From an uncultured Gemmatimonadales bacterium (GTDB taxonomy: Bacteria; Gemmatimonadota; Gemmatimonadetes; Gemmatimonadales; GWC2-71-9), in NCBI GenBank assembly GCA_963812085.1, contig CAWETL010000009.1, forward strand, positions 525,955 to 589,954: 64,000 nt of DNA, in the 5' to 3' direction. Each line of letters begins with the position of its first letter. Position 1 is the first letter of the stretch. Below the pieces are notes generated by a model, which ran no database searches, was not told the origin of the DNA, and saw only the letters and a program-made list of their open reading frames with translations. Shown piece by piece: positions 29,687 to 38,357 of this stretch. Position numbers and translations under genes: made by a program.

Positions 29687-30501
29687 GCCTCAAGCGTCCC
29701 GGTCTCGGGGTGAGAAGTCAAGAGCGGCGCCAGAGATTCGACCGCGGGGCGCACGCCGCCGAGGCCGAGCCGCCGGCTGAGGGCGAGGAGCGGCGGCGCC
29801 GGATAGCTCGCGTGACGGCCCACCACGTCGAGCAGCGGCGCATCGTTGGTCAGGCGGCCGCGTTCGAGCACCACGCCCCGGTCGAGCGCCTCGACCGCGA
29901 AGCCGAGATCGTGGGTCACGGCCAGCACCGCCGTCCCCGTGGCCCGGCGGGCGTGCACCACCGCCGCGACGCGCGCGCGCGCGGCGCGGTCGAGCCCCGC
30001 CGTCGGCTCGTCCAGCAGCAGGAGCAGCGGAGCGCTCACGAGCGCGGCCCCGAGTGCCACCAGCCGCCGGGTGGGTTCCGGCAGGTCGTACGGATGGAAT
30101 CCTGCCAGTGACTCCAGTCCGAGTTCGTCCAGGACGGAAGCGACTGCCGTTTCCACCTGCGTCGCAGGCCAGCCGAGGCGCCCGGGCCCGAATGCGATCT
30201 CGGCCCGGACGGTCCGTTCGAACAGTTGCGCCGCCGGATGCTGGAAGAGATAGCCCGCCACGTCGGCGAAGTCCTCCGGTCGGCGCCCGTCGGTGTCGCG
30301 CCCCGCGGTGACGACCCGGCCCGCCGTCGGATGCCGAAGCGCCATCGCCAGCCGGGTCAGGGTGGTCTTTCCCGCGCCGTTCGGCCCGAGCAGCGCCACG
30401 CCTTCGCCTGCCTCCACCCGGAGCGACACATCCTGCAGGACGGGCCCGCTGCCGTAGTGGAAGCCGACCGACTCCATCACCAGCGGCGTCACCGGGCCCA
30501 T
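29683..30501 (-). CDS. ECF-transporter ATPase subunit (A2): consensus Walker A, degenerate signature
   Basis: Walker A GPNGAGKT, Q-loop FQHP, Walker B LLLLDEPTAGLD and H-loop VTHD are intact. At the LSGGQ position the sequence reads YDLPEPTRRL. Confidence 0.85.
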   Translation of the reverse strand: MGPVTPLVMESVGFHYGSGPVLQDVSLRVEAGEGVALLGPNGAGKTTLTRLAMALRHPTAGRVVTAGRDTDGRRPEDFADVAGYLFQHPAAQLFERTVRAEIAFGPGRLGWPATQVETAVASVLDELGLESLAGFHPYDLPEPTRRLVALGAALVSAPLLLLLDEPTAGLDRAARARVAAVVHARRATGTAVLAVTHDLGFAVEALDRGVVLERGRLTNDAPLLDVVGRHASYPAPPLLALSRRLGLGGVRPAVESLAPLLTSHPETGTLEA

Positions 30502-31316
30502 CGCGCCACGCCCTCGTCCACGGTGAGCGGCCTCGGTGCCCCGACGCCCGCCGCGCGGGCCAGGGTCCCGATCGAGGTGGAACCGGCGCCGGCGTCCCAG
30601 ATCCCGTCGCCGCGCAACAGCTCAAGCGGGGCGCCAACCAGCGCGACCCGCCCCGATACCAGGACCACGAGCCGGTCCGCGACCGCAGCGAGCCCGTCGG
30701 CGTCCTCGCTCGCCACCACGACCGCCGCGCCACGCGCCGCCTCCCTGCGTAGCAATGCGTGCAGCAGCTCGCGGCCCGCCACATCCAGCGCCGAGGTCGG
30801 TTCGTCGAGCAGCCACAACTCCGGCTCGAGCACCAGCATCGCGGCGATCACCACGCGCTGCATCTCTCCGCCGGAGAGCGTGGCGGGATCCCGCGAGGCG
30901 AGATGCGGAATGGCCAGCGCGTCCAGCGCCCGCGCGACACCCGCGTGGATCCGCTCGCGAGGCCAGCCCAGGTTGGCCGGCGCGAACGCCACCTCCTGCG
31001 CCACCGTTTCGGCGATCCCCGAGAGCTGCGCCACCGGCGAGCTCAGTACGAGCGCCACTCGTCCACCCAACGCCCTCGCGGCGCCCTCCTCGGCGGGATC
31101 GATGTCCAGCGTGCAAACTCGACCGGTGCGGACTCCACCCGTGTGCCGCGGCGCCAGCCCGGCCGCCAGGAGCAACGCCGTGCTGGTCCCGGCGCCGAGC
31201 GATCCGGTGAGCCAGGTCACGGCCCCGGGCTCCGCGACGAAACCGCACCCGGTGAGCGCCGGCGTGTCCGCCCCCGGATACGTGAACCCCACCGCCTCGA
31301 AGACCAGGGCCGTCAC
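30489..31316 (-). CDS. ECF-transporter ATPase subunit (A1): degenerate Walker A, Q-loop and H-loop, intact signature
   Basis: Walker A position reads GSLGAGTST (no Lys). Q-loop position reads VLSSP. Signature LSGGEMQR and Walker B LWLLDEPTSALD are intact. H-loop position reads VASEDAD. GTG start overlaps the EcfT stop (GTGA). Confidence 0.8.
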   Translation of the reverse strand: MTALVFEAVGFTYPGADTPALTGCGFVAEPGAVTWLTGSLGAGTSTALLLAAGLAPRHTGGVRTGRVCTLDIDPAEEGAARALGGRVALVLSSPVAQLSGIAETVAQEVAFAPANLGWPRERIHAGVARALDALAIPHLASRDPATLSGGEMQRVVIAAMLVLEPELWLLDEPTSALDVAGRELLHALLRREAARGAAVVVASEDADGLAAVADRLVVLVSGRVALVGAPLELLRGDGIWDAGAGSTSIGTLARAAGVGAPRPLTVDEGVARWAR

Positions 31317-32056
31317 CCGAACACCCGCCACGCCACGGCCGCCACGGCGGCGCCCGCCGCCATCCACCGAATGCACCGATCGGCCAGCGAGTCCGGCGGC
31401 GGCGCGAGGGCCGTGCGCCGCGCGAATCCGCTGGCGCAGCGCGTTTCCAGCGCGAAGCCGCGCTCGTCCACTTCGGCCAGGGCACCCAGCAGCAAGGGGA
31501 AGGTGATCGGACCGAGCGCGCGGAAGCGATTCACCAGGCTGCCGCGAAGCCGGAGGCCGCGGCTCCGCTGGGCCTCGAGAATGACGGCGGCGCGCGCGCG
31601 GAATCGCGGCAGGGCGAGCAGGGTGGCCACCACCAGGTAGGCCACCGAAAACGGCCAGCCCCGCTCGGCCACCGCGTCCACGAAGCGGGCCGGGGAGAAC
31701 GCCGCGTACAGCCCGAGCGAGGCCGTCGCGATCGCGCCGAGCCGGGCGGCCTGCGTCACCGCGAGGGTCAGTCCGTCGCGCGAAAGGGAGACGCCCTCGA
31801 CGGTGATGCGCCCCCCTTCCCCGAGGACGCCGTGGAGCAGGAAGAGGAAGAGCCAGAGCGGGGCGAGCGGCACCAGCGCGCGGAGTGCCGCACGACCCGC
31901 CCCCACGACGATGACCAGGCCGATGGTCGTGCCGTAGAGCGCCACGGCCGGCACGGCGCCGGGGAGCGCGAGCGCCACCACGGCGATGGTGGCGGTGAGG
32001 GCGAGGGGCGTGAAGGGGTGGGCCCGGGCGGCGAGCGCGCCCGGCGCGAGCGTCAT
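31313..32056 (-). CDS. ECF-transporter transmembrane (T) component, CbiQ/EcfT family
   Basis: About 247 aa and polytopic. Has the typical EcfT coupling-helix region AQRSRG...R. The ATG at 32056 overlaps the S-component stop. Confidence 0.8.
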   Translation of the reverse strand: MTLAPGALAARAHPFTPLALTATIAVVALALPGAVPAVALYGTTIGLVIVVGAGRAALRALVPLAPLWLFLFLLHGVLGEGGRITVEGVSLSRDGLTLAVTQAARLGAIATASLGLYAAFSPARFVDAVAERGWPFSVAYLVVATLLALPRFRARAAVILEAQRSRGLRLRGSLVNRFRALGPITFPLLLGALAEVDERGFALETRCASGFARRTALAPPPDSLADRCIRWMAAGAAVAAVAWRVFG

Positions 32057-32622
32057 CGGCCAACCGCGCGGGCGGCGCGCGGGAACCGGCCCATCATCCG
32101 CAGGGGCAGCGCCCGGACCAGCGCGCCGACGAGGAGGAAGGCCGCCGCCTTGTCCACCAGATCGAGCAGGAGGCTGGAGGCGGTCACGGCCACCGGCAGG
32201 GACCATCCCAGTTGGCGGAGCAGCGTCACCACCGCCGTCGTGCCCGTGGCGGTGACGCCCTTGAACAGCACGTAGGAAATGACCGAGGAGAGCGCGCCGG
32301 CGAGCAGGCCCGTCAGGAGGCCCCACGCCAGCGTGGTGGAGGGCGACCGGAATCCGGCACGCGTCGCCGCCAGGCCGGCCAGCCCCGCGATGACGAGCTG
32401 GATCAGCCCGAACGGAATCCACTGGTAGCCGTTGATCAGCCCGAACAGCAGCTGGCCGATCGCGCCGGCGAGCATGCCGACGGCCGGACCGGCCAGCACC
32501 GCGGCCAGGATGGTCCCGATCGAGTCCAGGTAGAGCGGCAACCCGAGCGCGTTGACCAGGCCGCCGATGACGAGGTTGATGGCGATCGCGGCAGGGAGGA
32601 GCGCGAGGAGACGGGCGTTCAC
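32053..32622 (-). CDS. ECF-transporter substrate-capture (S) component, substrate unknown
   Basis: About 189 aa, with about 6 TM segments rich in Gly/Ala. It is the first gene of an S-T-A-A operon. GTG start at 32622. Confidence 0.7.
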   Translation of the reverse strand: MNARLLALLPAAIAINLVIGGLVNALGLPLYLDSIGTILAAVLAGPAVGMLAGAIGQLLFGLINGYQWIPFGLIQLVIAGLAGLAATRAGFRSPSTTLAWGLLTGLLAGALSSVISYVLFKGVTATGTTAVVTLLRQLGWSLPVAVTASSLLLDLVDKAAAFLLVGALVRALPLRMMGRFPRAARAVGR

Positions 32623-32745
32623 GGGACCCCGGGTGTGGGAGGCGGGGACGGCCCTCTCTTGGGTTCCGACCCTCCCCGAGGTTAGAATCTGAGGCGTCCA
32701 CCAAGGGCCGGCAACCCCGACCGGCCCCCAACCATCGAGAGATCC

Positions 32746-34041
32746 GTGACAGCGCCTCGCCTTTACCCGCTCTTCTCCCTCGCCCTCACGCTTGGACTCG
32801 CCGCTCCGCTCGCGGGCCAGGCCGCGCTCCCGACCAACAACGACGCCGCCGTCAAGCGCGCCACGGCCGACGTGAAGGTCCTCGCCTCCGACCAGCTCGG
32901 CGGCCGCATGACCGGCTCGGCCGGCGCCGACACCGCCGCGGCCTACATGGCCCGCCGATTTGCCCAGAGCGGCCTGCAGCCGGCCCCCGGCGGGTGGTTC
33001 CAGGACTACACTGTGCCCAAGGAGGCGCCCGCCGTGCAGCAGGCCGGCCTCGGCGAGATCCACGGCAAGAACGTGATCGGCATCCTGCCGGGCAGCGACC
33101 CGGCGCTCCGCAACGAGACGGTCGTCGTGGGCGCGCACTACGACCACCTCGGCCTCGGCGGGTTCGGGGCGCTCGATCCCGACAGCACCGGACGGGTCCA
33201 CAACGGCGCCGACGACAACGCCTCGGGCTCGGCGGCCCTGCTCACGATCGCGGCCCGGCTCCGGGACGCGCACCTGGGCCGCACCGTGGTGTTCATCGCC
33301 TTCAGCGGCGAGGAGCTCGGTCTCCTCGGCTCGGACTACTACGTGAAGCACCCGCTCTACCCGCTCGCGTCCACCGAGGCGATGATCAACCTCGACATGG
33401 TGGGGCGCCTCCGGAACGACAAGCTGATCGTCTACGGCACCGGCACGGCCACCGAGTTCCCCGCCCTGCTCGACTCGCTCAACTGGTACGCCAAGTTCGA
33501 CCTGCATCCCCAGCCGGAAGGCTACGGACCGAGCGACCAGACCTCCTTCTACGCCGCCAAGGTGCCGGTCCTCCACCTGTTCACCGACCTGCACGCGGAC
33601 TACCACCGCAGCACCGACGACTGGGACAAGATCGACGCGGCCGGCCTGGTGCGGGTCGCGGATTTCGCGGCGGCCCTCGCGACCGAGTTCGCCAACCGTC
33701 CCGGCCGGCTGACCTTCGTGGACGTCCCGCCGCCGCAGCCCAAGGGCGGCGTCGCCGTCACCTCAGGCTATGGCGCCTATCTCGGCACCGTTCCCGACAT
33801 GGCCGCCGGTGACGTGGGCGGGGCCCGCATCACCGGGGTCTCCAAGGGCAGCCCCGCCGAGGTCGGCGGGCTCCTGGGCGGCGACATCATCACCAAGATC
33901 GGCGACTACGACGTCCCCGACCTTGTCGGAATGACGACCGCGCTGCGCGCCTACAAGCCGGGCGACAAGGTGGTGGTCGTGGTCCTCCGTGACGGCAAGC
34001 CGATGAGCTTCGACGTCACCCTCGGAAAGCGCGGCGGGTGA
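32746..34041 (+). CDS. Exported M28-family metallopeptidase with C-terminal PDZ domain
   Basis: Signal peptide. M28 motifs GAHYDHLG, GADDNASG and FSGEELGLLGS. The C-terminal region GGDIITKIGDYDV...VVVVLRDGK is PDZ-like. Confidence 0.88.
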   Translation: MTAPRLYPLFSLALTLGLAAPLAGQAALPTNNDAAVKRATADVKVLASDQLGGRMTGSAGADTAAAYMARRFAQSGLQPAPGGWFQDYTVPKEAPAVQQAGLGEIHGKNVIGILPGSDPALRNETVVVGAHYDHLGLGGFGALDPDSTGRVHNGADDNASGSAALLTIAARLRDAHLGRTVVFIAFSGEELGLLGSDYYVKHPLYPLASTEAMINLDMVGRLRNDKLIVYGTGTATEFPALLDSLNWYAKFDLHPQPEGYGPSDQTSFYAAKVPVLHLFTDLHADYHRSTDDWDKIDAAGLVRVADFAAALATEFANRPGRLTFVDVPPPQPKGGVAVTSGYGAYLGTVPDMAAGDVGGARITGVSKGSPAEVGGLLGGDIITKIGDYDVPDLVGMTTALRAYKPGDKVVVVVLRDGKPMSFDVTLGKRGG

Positions 34042-34499
34042 GCGTACCCGCGCTCGACGCGGAACGGCTGGTCGCGGCGCTCCGGAGCGCCTTTGCCCAC
34101 GAAGCCGGCCGGCAGGGGCTGCTCCAGCTCGCTGCCGACCGGATCCGGGCCGCCGGGCCGCCCTACACCTCCGTCTATCTCTACATGCTCCACGGCAAGG
34201 AACTGGTGCTGGAGGCGTTCAGCGGCCGGGTCACCGACCACACCCGCATCGCCGTCGGCACCGGCGTGTGCGGGACGGCGGTGGCCACCGGGCAGGACCA
34301 GAACGTCGGCGACGTCCAGGCCGTCGGGAACTACCTCGCCTGCAACCTCGAGACCCGCTCCGAACTCGTGGTCCTTATCCGCCGCGGGGCCACCGTCCTC
34401 GGCCAGATCGACATCGACAGCGACGTGCCCGACCCGTTCACGCCGGCGGAGCACGCCGCCGTCAAGCAGGTCGCGGACGCCCTCGCCGTCCTGCTGTGA
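34038..34499 (+). CDS. GAF-domain protein (free methionine-(R)-sulfoxide reductase-like)
   Basis: About 153 aa, single GAF domain. The stretches GTGVCGTAV, ACNLETRSELVV and GQIDIDS resemble the YebR/fRMsr family. GTGA overlap with the upstream gene. Confidence 0.65.
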   Translation: MSVPALDAERLVAALRSAFAHEAGRQGLLQLAADRIRAAGPPYTSVYLYMLHGKELVLEAFSGRVTDHTRIAVGTGVCGTAVATGQDQNVGDVQAVGNYLACNLETRSELVVLIRRGATVLGQIDIDSDVPDPFTPAEHAAVKQVADALAVLL

Positions 34500-35395
34500 G
34501 GGCCTGGTCCTCCTCCCGTTACTCCGTCGCCCTGCCGCCCGGCCACCGCTTTCCGATCGCGAAGTACCAGGCGGTCCGCGAAGGCGTGGTGGCCCGCGGC
34601 CTCCTCGAGGCCGGCGACATCCACGAGCCTGACCGCGTCGAGCGCACCGCGCTCGCGCTCGTCCACACCGACGATTACGTCTCGGCGATCCACGACGGCA
34701 CGCTCGGCGCCGCCGAGCAGCGTCGGCTCGGCTTCCCTTGGGGGCCCGGGCTCCGCGAACGCTCCCTCCGGACGGTCCAGGGCACCATCGAGGCCGCGCG
34801 GGACGCGCTCGACTGCGGCGCAGGGATCAACCTGGCCGGTGGCACGCACCACGCCTTCGCCGAGCGCGGCGAGGGCTTTTGCGTCTTCAACGACGTCGCG
34901 GTGGCTGCGCGCGTCCTCCAGCGCGAGGGGCGGGTCCAGCGGATCGCCGTGGTGGACCTCGACGTCCACCAGGGCAACGGCACGGCGCGCATCTTCCTGG
35001 GCGATCCCGACGTCTTCACCTTCTCCCTGCACGGCGCGCGGAACTACCCCTTCCATCGCGAGCAGAGCCGGCTGGACGTGGAGCTGCCGGACGGCGCCGA
35101 CGCCGCCGCCTACCTCGCGGCTCTCGACGCCCATCTCGACCGCGTGTTGGACGAGGCGGCGCCTGAGTTCGTCTTCTACCTGGCCGGCGCCGATCCCTAC
35201 GCCGGCGATCGCTTCGGCCGCCTCGGCGTGTCGATCGACGGGCTCCGCCAACGAGACCGCCGCGTCTTCGCGGCCTGCCGCCGCCGCGGGCTGCCCGTGG
35301 TCGTCACGCTCGCCGGTGGCTACGCCGAGCGGCTCGACGACATCGTGACCATTCACGCCAACACCGTGCAGGAACTCCGTGCCGCCTGTAGTTGA
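34496..35395 (+). CDS. Histone-deacetylase-superfamily (Zn deacetylase / acetylpolyamine amidohydrolase-like) protein
   Basis: Motifs GGTHHA, VDLDVHQGNG, AGADPYAGD and LAGGY. GTG start overlaps the GAF gene stop. Confidence 0.88.
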   Translation: MRAWSSSRYSVALPPGHRFPIAKYQAVREGVVARGLLEAGDIHEPDRVERTALALVHTDDYVSAIHDGTLGAAEQRRLGFPWGPGLRERSLRTVQGTIEAARDALDCGAGINLAGGTHHAFAERGEGFCVFNDVAVAARVLQREGRVQRIAVVDLDVHQGNGTARIFLGDPDVFTFSLHGARNYPFHREQSRLDVELPDGADAAAYLAALDAHLDRVLDEAAPEFVFYLAGADPYAGDRFGRLGVSIDGLRQRDRRVFAACRRRGLPVVVTLAGGYAERLDDIVTIHANTVQELRAACS

Positions 35396-36215
35396 GACCA
35401 CCCGCGTGGTCCGTGGGGTCGCCCTCTTCGAGCGCCGCGCCGGGAGCGGTCCCGCGACGGTGGTGCTGCACGGGGGCCCGGGCGCACACCACGACTACCT
35501 CCTCCCGGGCTTCGACACCCTCGCCGGGCGTCGCACGCTCATTTACTACGACCAGCGGGGCGGCGGCCGGTCTCCCGTGCCGCGGGAGGTGCCGGTCGGG
35601 TGGCGTGAACAGGTCGCCGACCTCGAGGCGCTGCGCGTCGTCTGGGGCCTCGAGCGACTCAGCATCGCGGGGTATTCCTGGGGCGCCTTGCTGGCCATGC
35701 TCTACGCCACGGAACACCCGGACCGTGTGGAGCGGATGGCGCTCGTCTCGCCGGCGCCGGCCTGGCGGTCGGCACGCGCGGAGTTCGAAGCCCGGTTCGC
35801 GGCGCGCACCATGGCGCCCGCGCTCCAGGAGGCGCGCGCCGCGCTCCGAAGCAGCGGGCTCCGCGAACGCGATCCGGAGGCGTACCAGCGCCGGACCTTC
35901 GAGCTGTCGGTGGCCGGCTACTTCCATGACCGGGCCAAGGTCGCCGGCCTCACTCAGTTCCGGGTGACGGGGCGCACCCAGCAGGAGGTCTGGGACAGCC
36001 TCGGCGAGTTCGACCTGCGCCCGGCCTTGGCCGCGCTCCGGGTGCCGGCGATCGTCCTCCACGGCGACGACGACCCGATTCCCGAGGCGTCCGCCCGCGC
36101 CGTGGCCGACGCGCTCCGCGCGCCGTTCCACCTGCTCAGTGCGTGCGGTCACGTGCCCTACGTCGAGGCCCCCGACGAATTCCGCCGCCTGCTCGATCCC
36201 TTCCTGCCGGCGTAG
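35379..36215 (+). CDS. Alpha/beta hydrolase (proline iminopeptidase-like)
   Basis: HGGPG oxyanion motif, nucleophile elbow GYSWG, and C-terminal CGHVPY containing the catalytic His. Confidence 0.8.
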   Translation: MPPVVETTRVVRGVALFERRAGSGPATVVLHGGPGAHHDYLLPGFDTLAGRRTLIYYDQRGGGRSPVPREVPVGWREQVADLEALRVVWGLERLSIAGYSWGALLAMLYATEHPDRVERMALVSPAPAWRSARAEFEARFAARTMAPALQEARAALRSSGLRERDPEAYQRRTFELSVAGYFHDRAKVAGLTQFRVTGRTQQEVWDSLGEFDLRPALAALRVPAIVLHGDDDPIPEASARAVADALRAPFHLLSACGHVPYVEAPDEFRRLLDPFLPA

Positions 36216-36258
36216 CCCGCGGTTGCGCGCCGCACCGGGCGGCCGCATCCTTCCCGTC

Positions 36259-37119
36259 ATGACAGAGAATTCTCCGCGGAGCCGGATTGCCCTCGTTATT
36301 GGCTCCGGCGGCGTGAAGTGCGCGGCGGCGGTGGGGCTCCAGCAGGCGCTTCGGGACGAGGGAATCGAGATTGACCTGGTCGTCGGCTGCAGCGGCGGGG
36401 CCATCTACGCCACCGCAGCCGCGCTGCGCTGGACCGTCGACGAGACCATCGAGCAGACGCTCCAGCTCTGGACCCGGGACACGACCTCCCAGCCACGGCG
36501 CCTGGCCCTGCTCAAGGCGATGTTTCCGCGTCTGTTCGGGTTCTCGTCCGATTTTTCCTTCCGCGACGACCGCCTGCTCAATTCGCGCCTTCGGCAGGCC
36601 TTCGGGGTGCGCACCTTCGGCGACACCCGGATTCCGCTGTACATCACCGCCACCGACTTCAACAACGGTCAGCAGGTCGTGCTGTCGGAGGGCCTGCTTT
36701 GGGAAGCCGTGCGGGCGAGCATCGCCATTCCGCTGGTCTTCGCTCCCCGGCGCATCAACGACCGCCTCCTGATGGATGGCTTCCTCTCGGACCCCCTCCC
36801 GGTCAACGTGGCCATCCAGGAGCGGGCCGGAGTGATCCTGGCCATCGGCTTCGAGAGCCCTAACCTGCGGCGCTTCACCAGCCCGATGCGCGTGGGACTC
36901 CAGCTGACCAGCGTGATGACGAACAACCTCCTCCGCTCCCGTTTTGCCTTCCACAACCTTACGCACCACGCCGAGGTGATTCCCATCCTGCCCGAGTTCC
37001 GGAAGCAGGTCGGCATCTTCGACACGCGGCAGATCCCGTACGTCATCGAGGAGGGCCGGCGCGCCGCGCTGGCCCACATTCCGTACATCCGCCGCCTGAT
37101 GGCGGAGCCCGCCGCGTGA
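36259..37119 (+). CDS. Patatin-like phospholipase
   Basis: Oxyanion GSGGVKCAA, nucleophile GCSGG (GxSxG), and catalytic Asp in LMDGF. Confidence 0.88.
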   Translation: MTENSPRSRIALVIGSGGVKCAAAVGLQQALRDEGIEIDLVVGCSGGAIYATAAALRWTVDETIEQTLQLWTRDTTSQPRRLALLKAMFPRLFGFSSDFSFRDDRLLNSRLRQAFGVRTFGDTRIPLYITATDFNNGQQVVLSEGLLWEAVRASIAIPLVFAPRRINDRLLMDGFLSDPLPVNVAIQERAGVILAIGFESPNLRRFTSPMRVGLQLTSVMTNNLLRSRFAFHNLTHHAEVIPILPEFRKQVGIFDTRQIPYVIEEGRRAALAHIPYIRRLMAEPAA

Positions 37120-38357
37120 GCCGGGAGCCCGAAACCGCCCCGGCCCAGGTCCTGGTCGCCGATGACGTGGAAATGAACCGCGACCTGCTGGCCCGCCGGG
37201 TGCGCCGGCTGGGGCACGAAGTCACCATGGCCGAGGACGGCGTCCGAGCGCTCGAGCTGCTCAAGGCGCGCGACTTCGACGTGCTCCTCCTCGACATCAT
37301 GATGCCCAACATGAACGGGTATGAGGTGCTCGAGGCGATGGCGCTGGACGAACGGCTGCGCCGGGTGCCGGTGATCATGATCTCCGCGGTGGACGACAAG
37401 GAGAGCATCGCCCGCTGCATCGGTCTCGGCGCCGACGACTACCTGCCCAAGCCCTTCGACCCGGTGATCCTGCAGGCCCGGCTCGGCGCCAGCCTCGCCC
37501 GGAAGCGCCTGCACGACCGGGAGCAGCTCTACCAGAAGAGCCTCGAGCGAGAACTGGAAATCGGACGCGAGATCCAGGCGCATTTCCTGCCCGACAGCCT
37601 GCCGATCCTGCCGGGCTTCGACTTCGCCGCACGGCTTCGCTCGGCGCGGATGGTGTCCGGCGATTTCTACGACCTCTATCCCCTCGGCGGCGGGACCGAG
37701 GTGGTCGCGGTGGTGGGCGACGTCTGCGACAAGGGCGTCGGGGCGGCGCTCTTCATGGCCCTCTTCCGCTCCCTGCTGCGGGCGCTCACCGAGCAGTCGG
37801 ACGGCGCCCGGTGGAACGAGCGGGGCGCGAGCCGCGAGCGGCGGCGTGACGCGGGGACACGGACCGAGGCCGTCACCGGGCACCTGCTCCGCACTGTGAC
37901 CCTGGCCAACGATTACATCGCCGGCACGCACAGCCGCTCCAACATGTTCGCCACGGTGTTCTTCGCGATCGTCGACGCGGACTCGGGGCTGGTGCAGTAC
38001 GTGAACGCCGGCCATGAACCCCCGGCAGTCGTCGGACCCGCCGGCGTGCGGCGGCTGGAGCCCACCGGGCCCGCCCTCGGCCTCCTGCCCGGCCTCCCCT
38101 TCGTGGTGGGCGAGACCACGCTCGCGCCGGGAGAGACCCTCGTAGCGTGGACGGACGGCGTCACGGAGGCCCAGGCGACGGGCACCACCGAACTGTTCGG
38201 GGAGGAACGAACGCTGGCGGTCGCGGAGGGAACCGATGGAACCGCCGCCGAGCTGCTCGACCGGATGCTGGCGGTGGTGGACGCCTACGCCGCAGGCGCG
38301 GAGCAGGCGGACGACATTACCCTGCTGGCGGTGCGGCGGCACCGCGCGGGCGCTTAA
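37116..38357 (+). CDS. Response-regulator receiver fused to PP2C/SpoIIE Ser/Thr phosphatase (RsbU/RsbY/HsbR-phosphatase-like)
   Basis: The REC domain has VLVADD, LLLDIMMP and YLPKP. The SpoIIE domain has SGDFYD, VVGDVCDKGVGAALFM, NAGH, TDGVTEA and DDITLLAVR. GTGA overlap with the patatin gene. Confidence 0.9.
   Translation: MSREPETAPAQVLVADDVEMNRDLLARRVRRLGHEVTMAEDGVRALELLKARDFDVLLLDIMMPNMNGYEVLEAMALDERLRRVPVIMISAVDDKESIARCIGLGADDYLPKPFDPVILQARLGASLARKRLHDREQLYQKSLERELEIGREIQAHFLPDSLPILPGFDFAARLRSARMVSGDFYDLYPLGGGTEVVAVVGDVCDKGVGAALFMALFRSLLRALTEQSDGARWNERGASRERRRDAGTRTEAVTGHLLRTVTLANDYIAGTHSRSNMFATVFFAIVDADSGLVQYVNAGHEPPAVVGPAGVRRLEPTGPALGLLPGLPFVVGETTLAPGETLVAWTDGVTEAQATGTTELFGEERTLAVAEGTDGTAAELLDRMLAVVDAYAAGAEQADDITLLAVRRHRAGA

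Noticed and set aside
32623-32745. Possible riboswitch (TPP or cobalamin) in the leader of the ECF S-component gene
   Set aside because: I read the minus-strand leader and found neither the cobalamin B12 box (GCCACUG) nor the TPP CUGAGA / ACCUGAUCUGGAUAAUGCCAGC core. A TAGAAT-like hexamer on the plus strand more likely belongs to the divergent M28 peptidase promoter. An Infernal scan would be needed for certainty.
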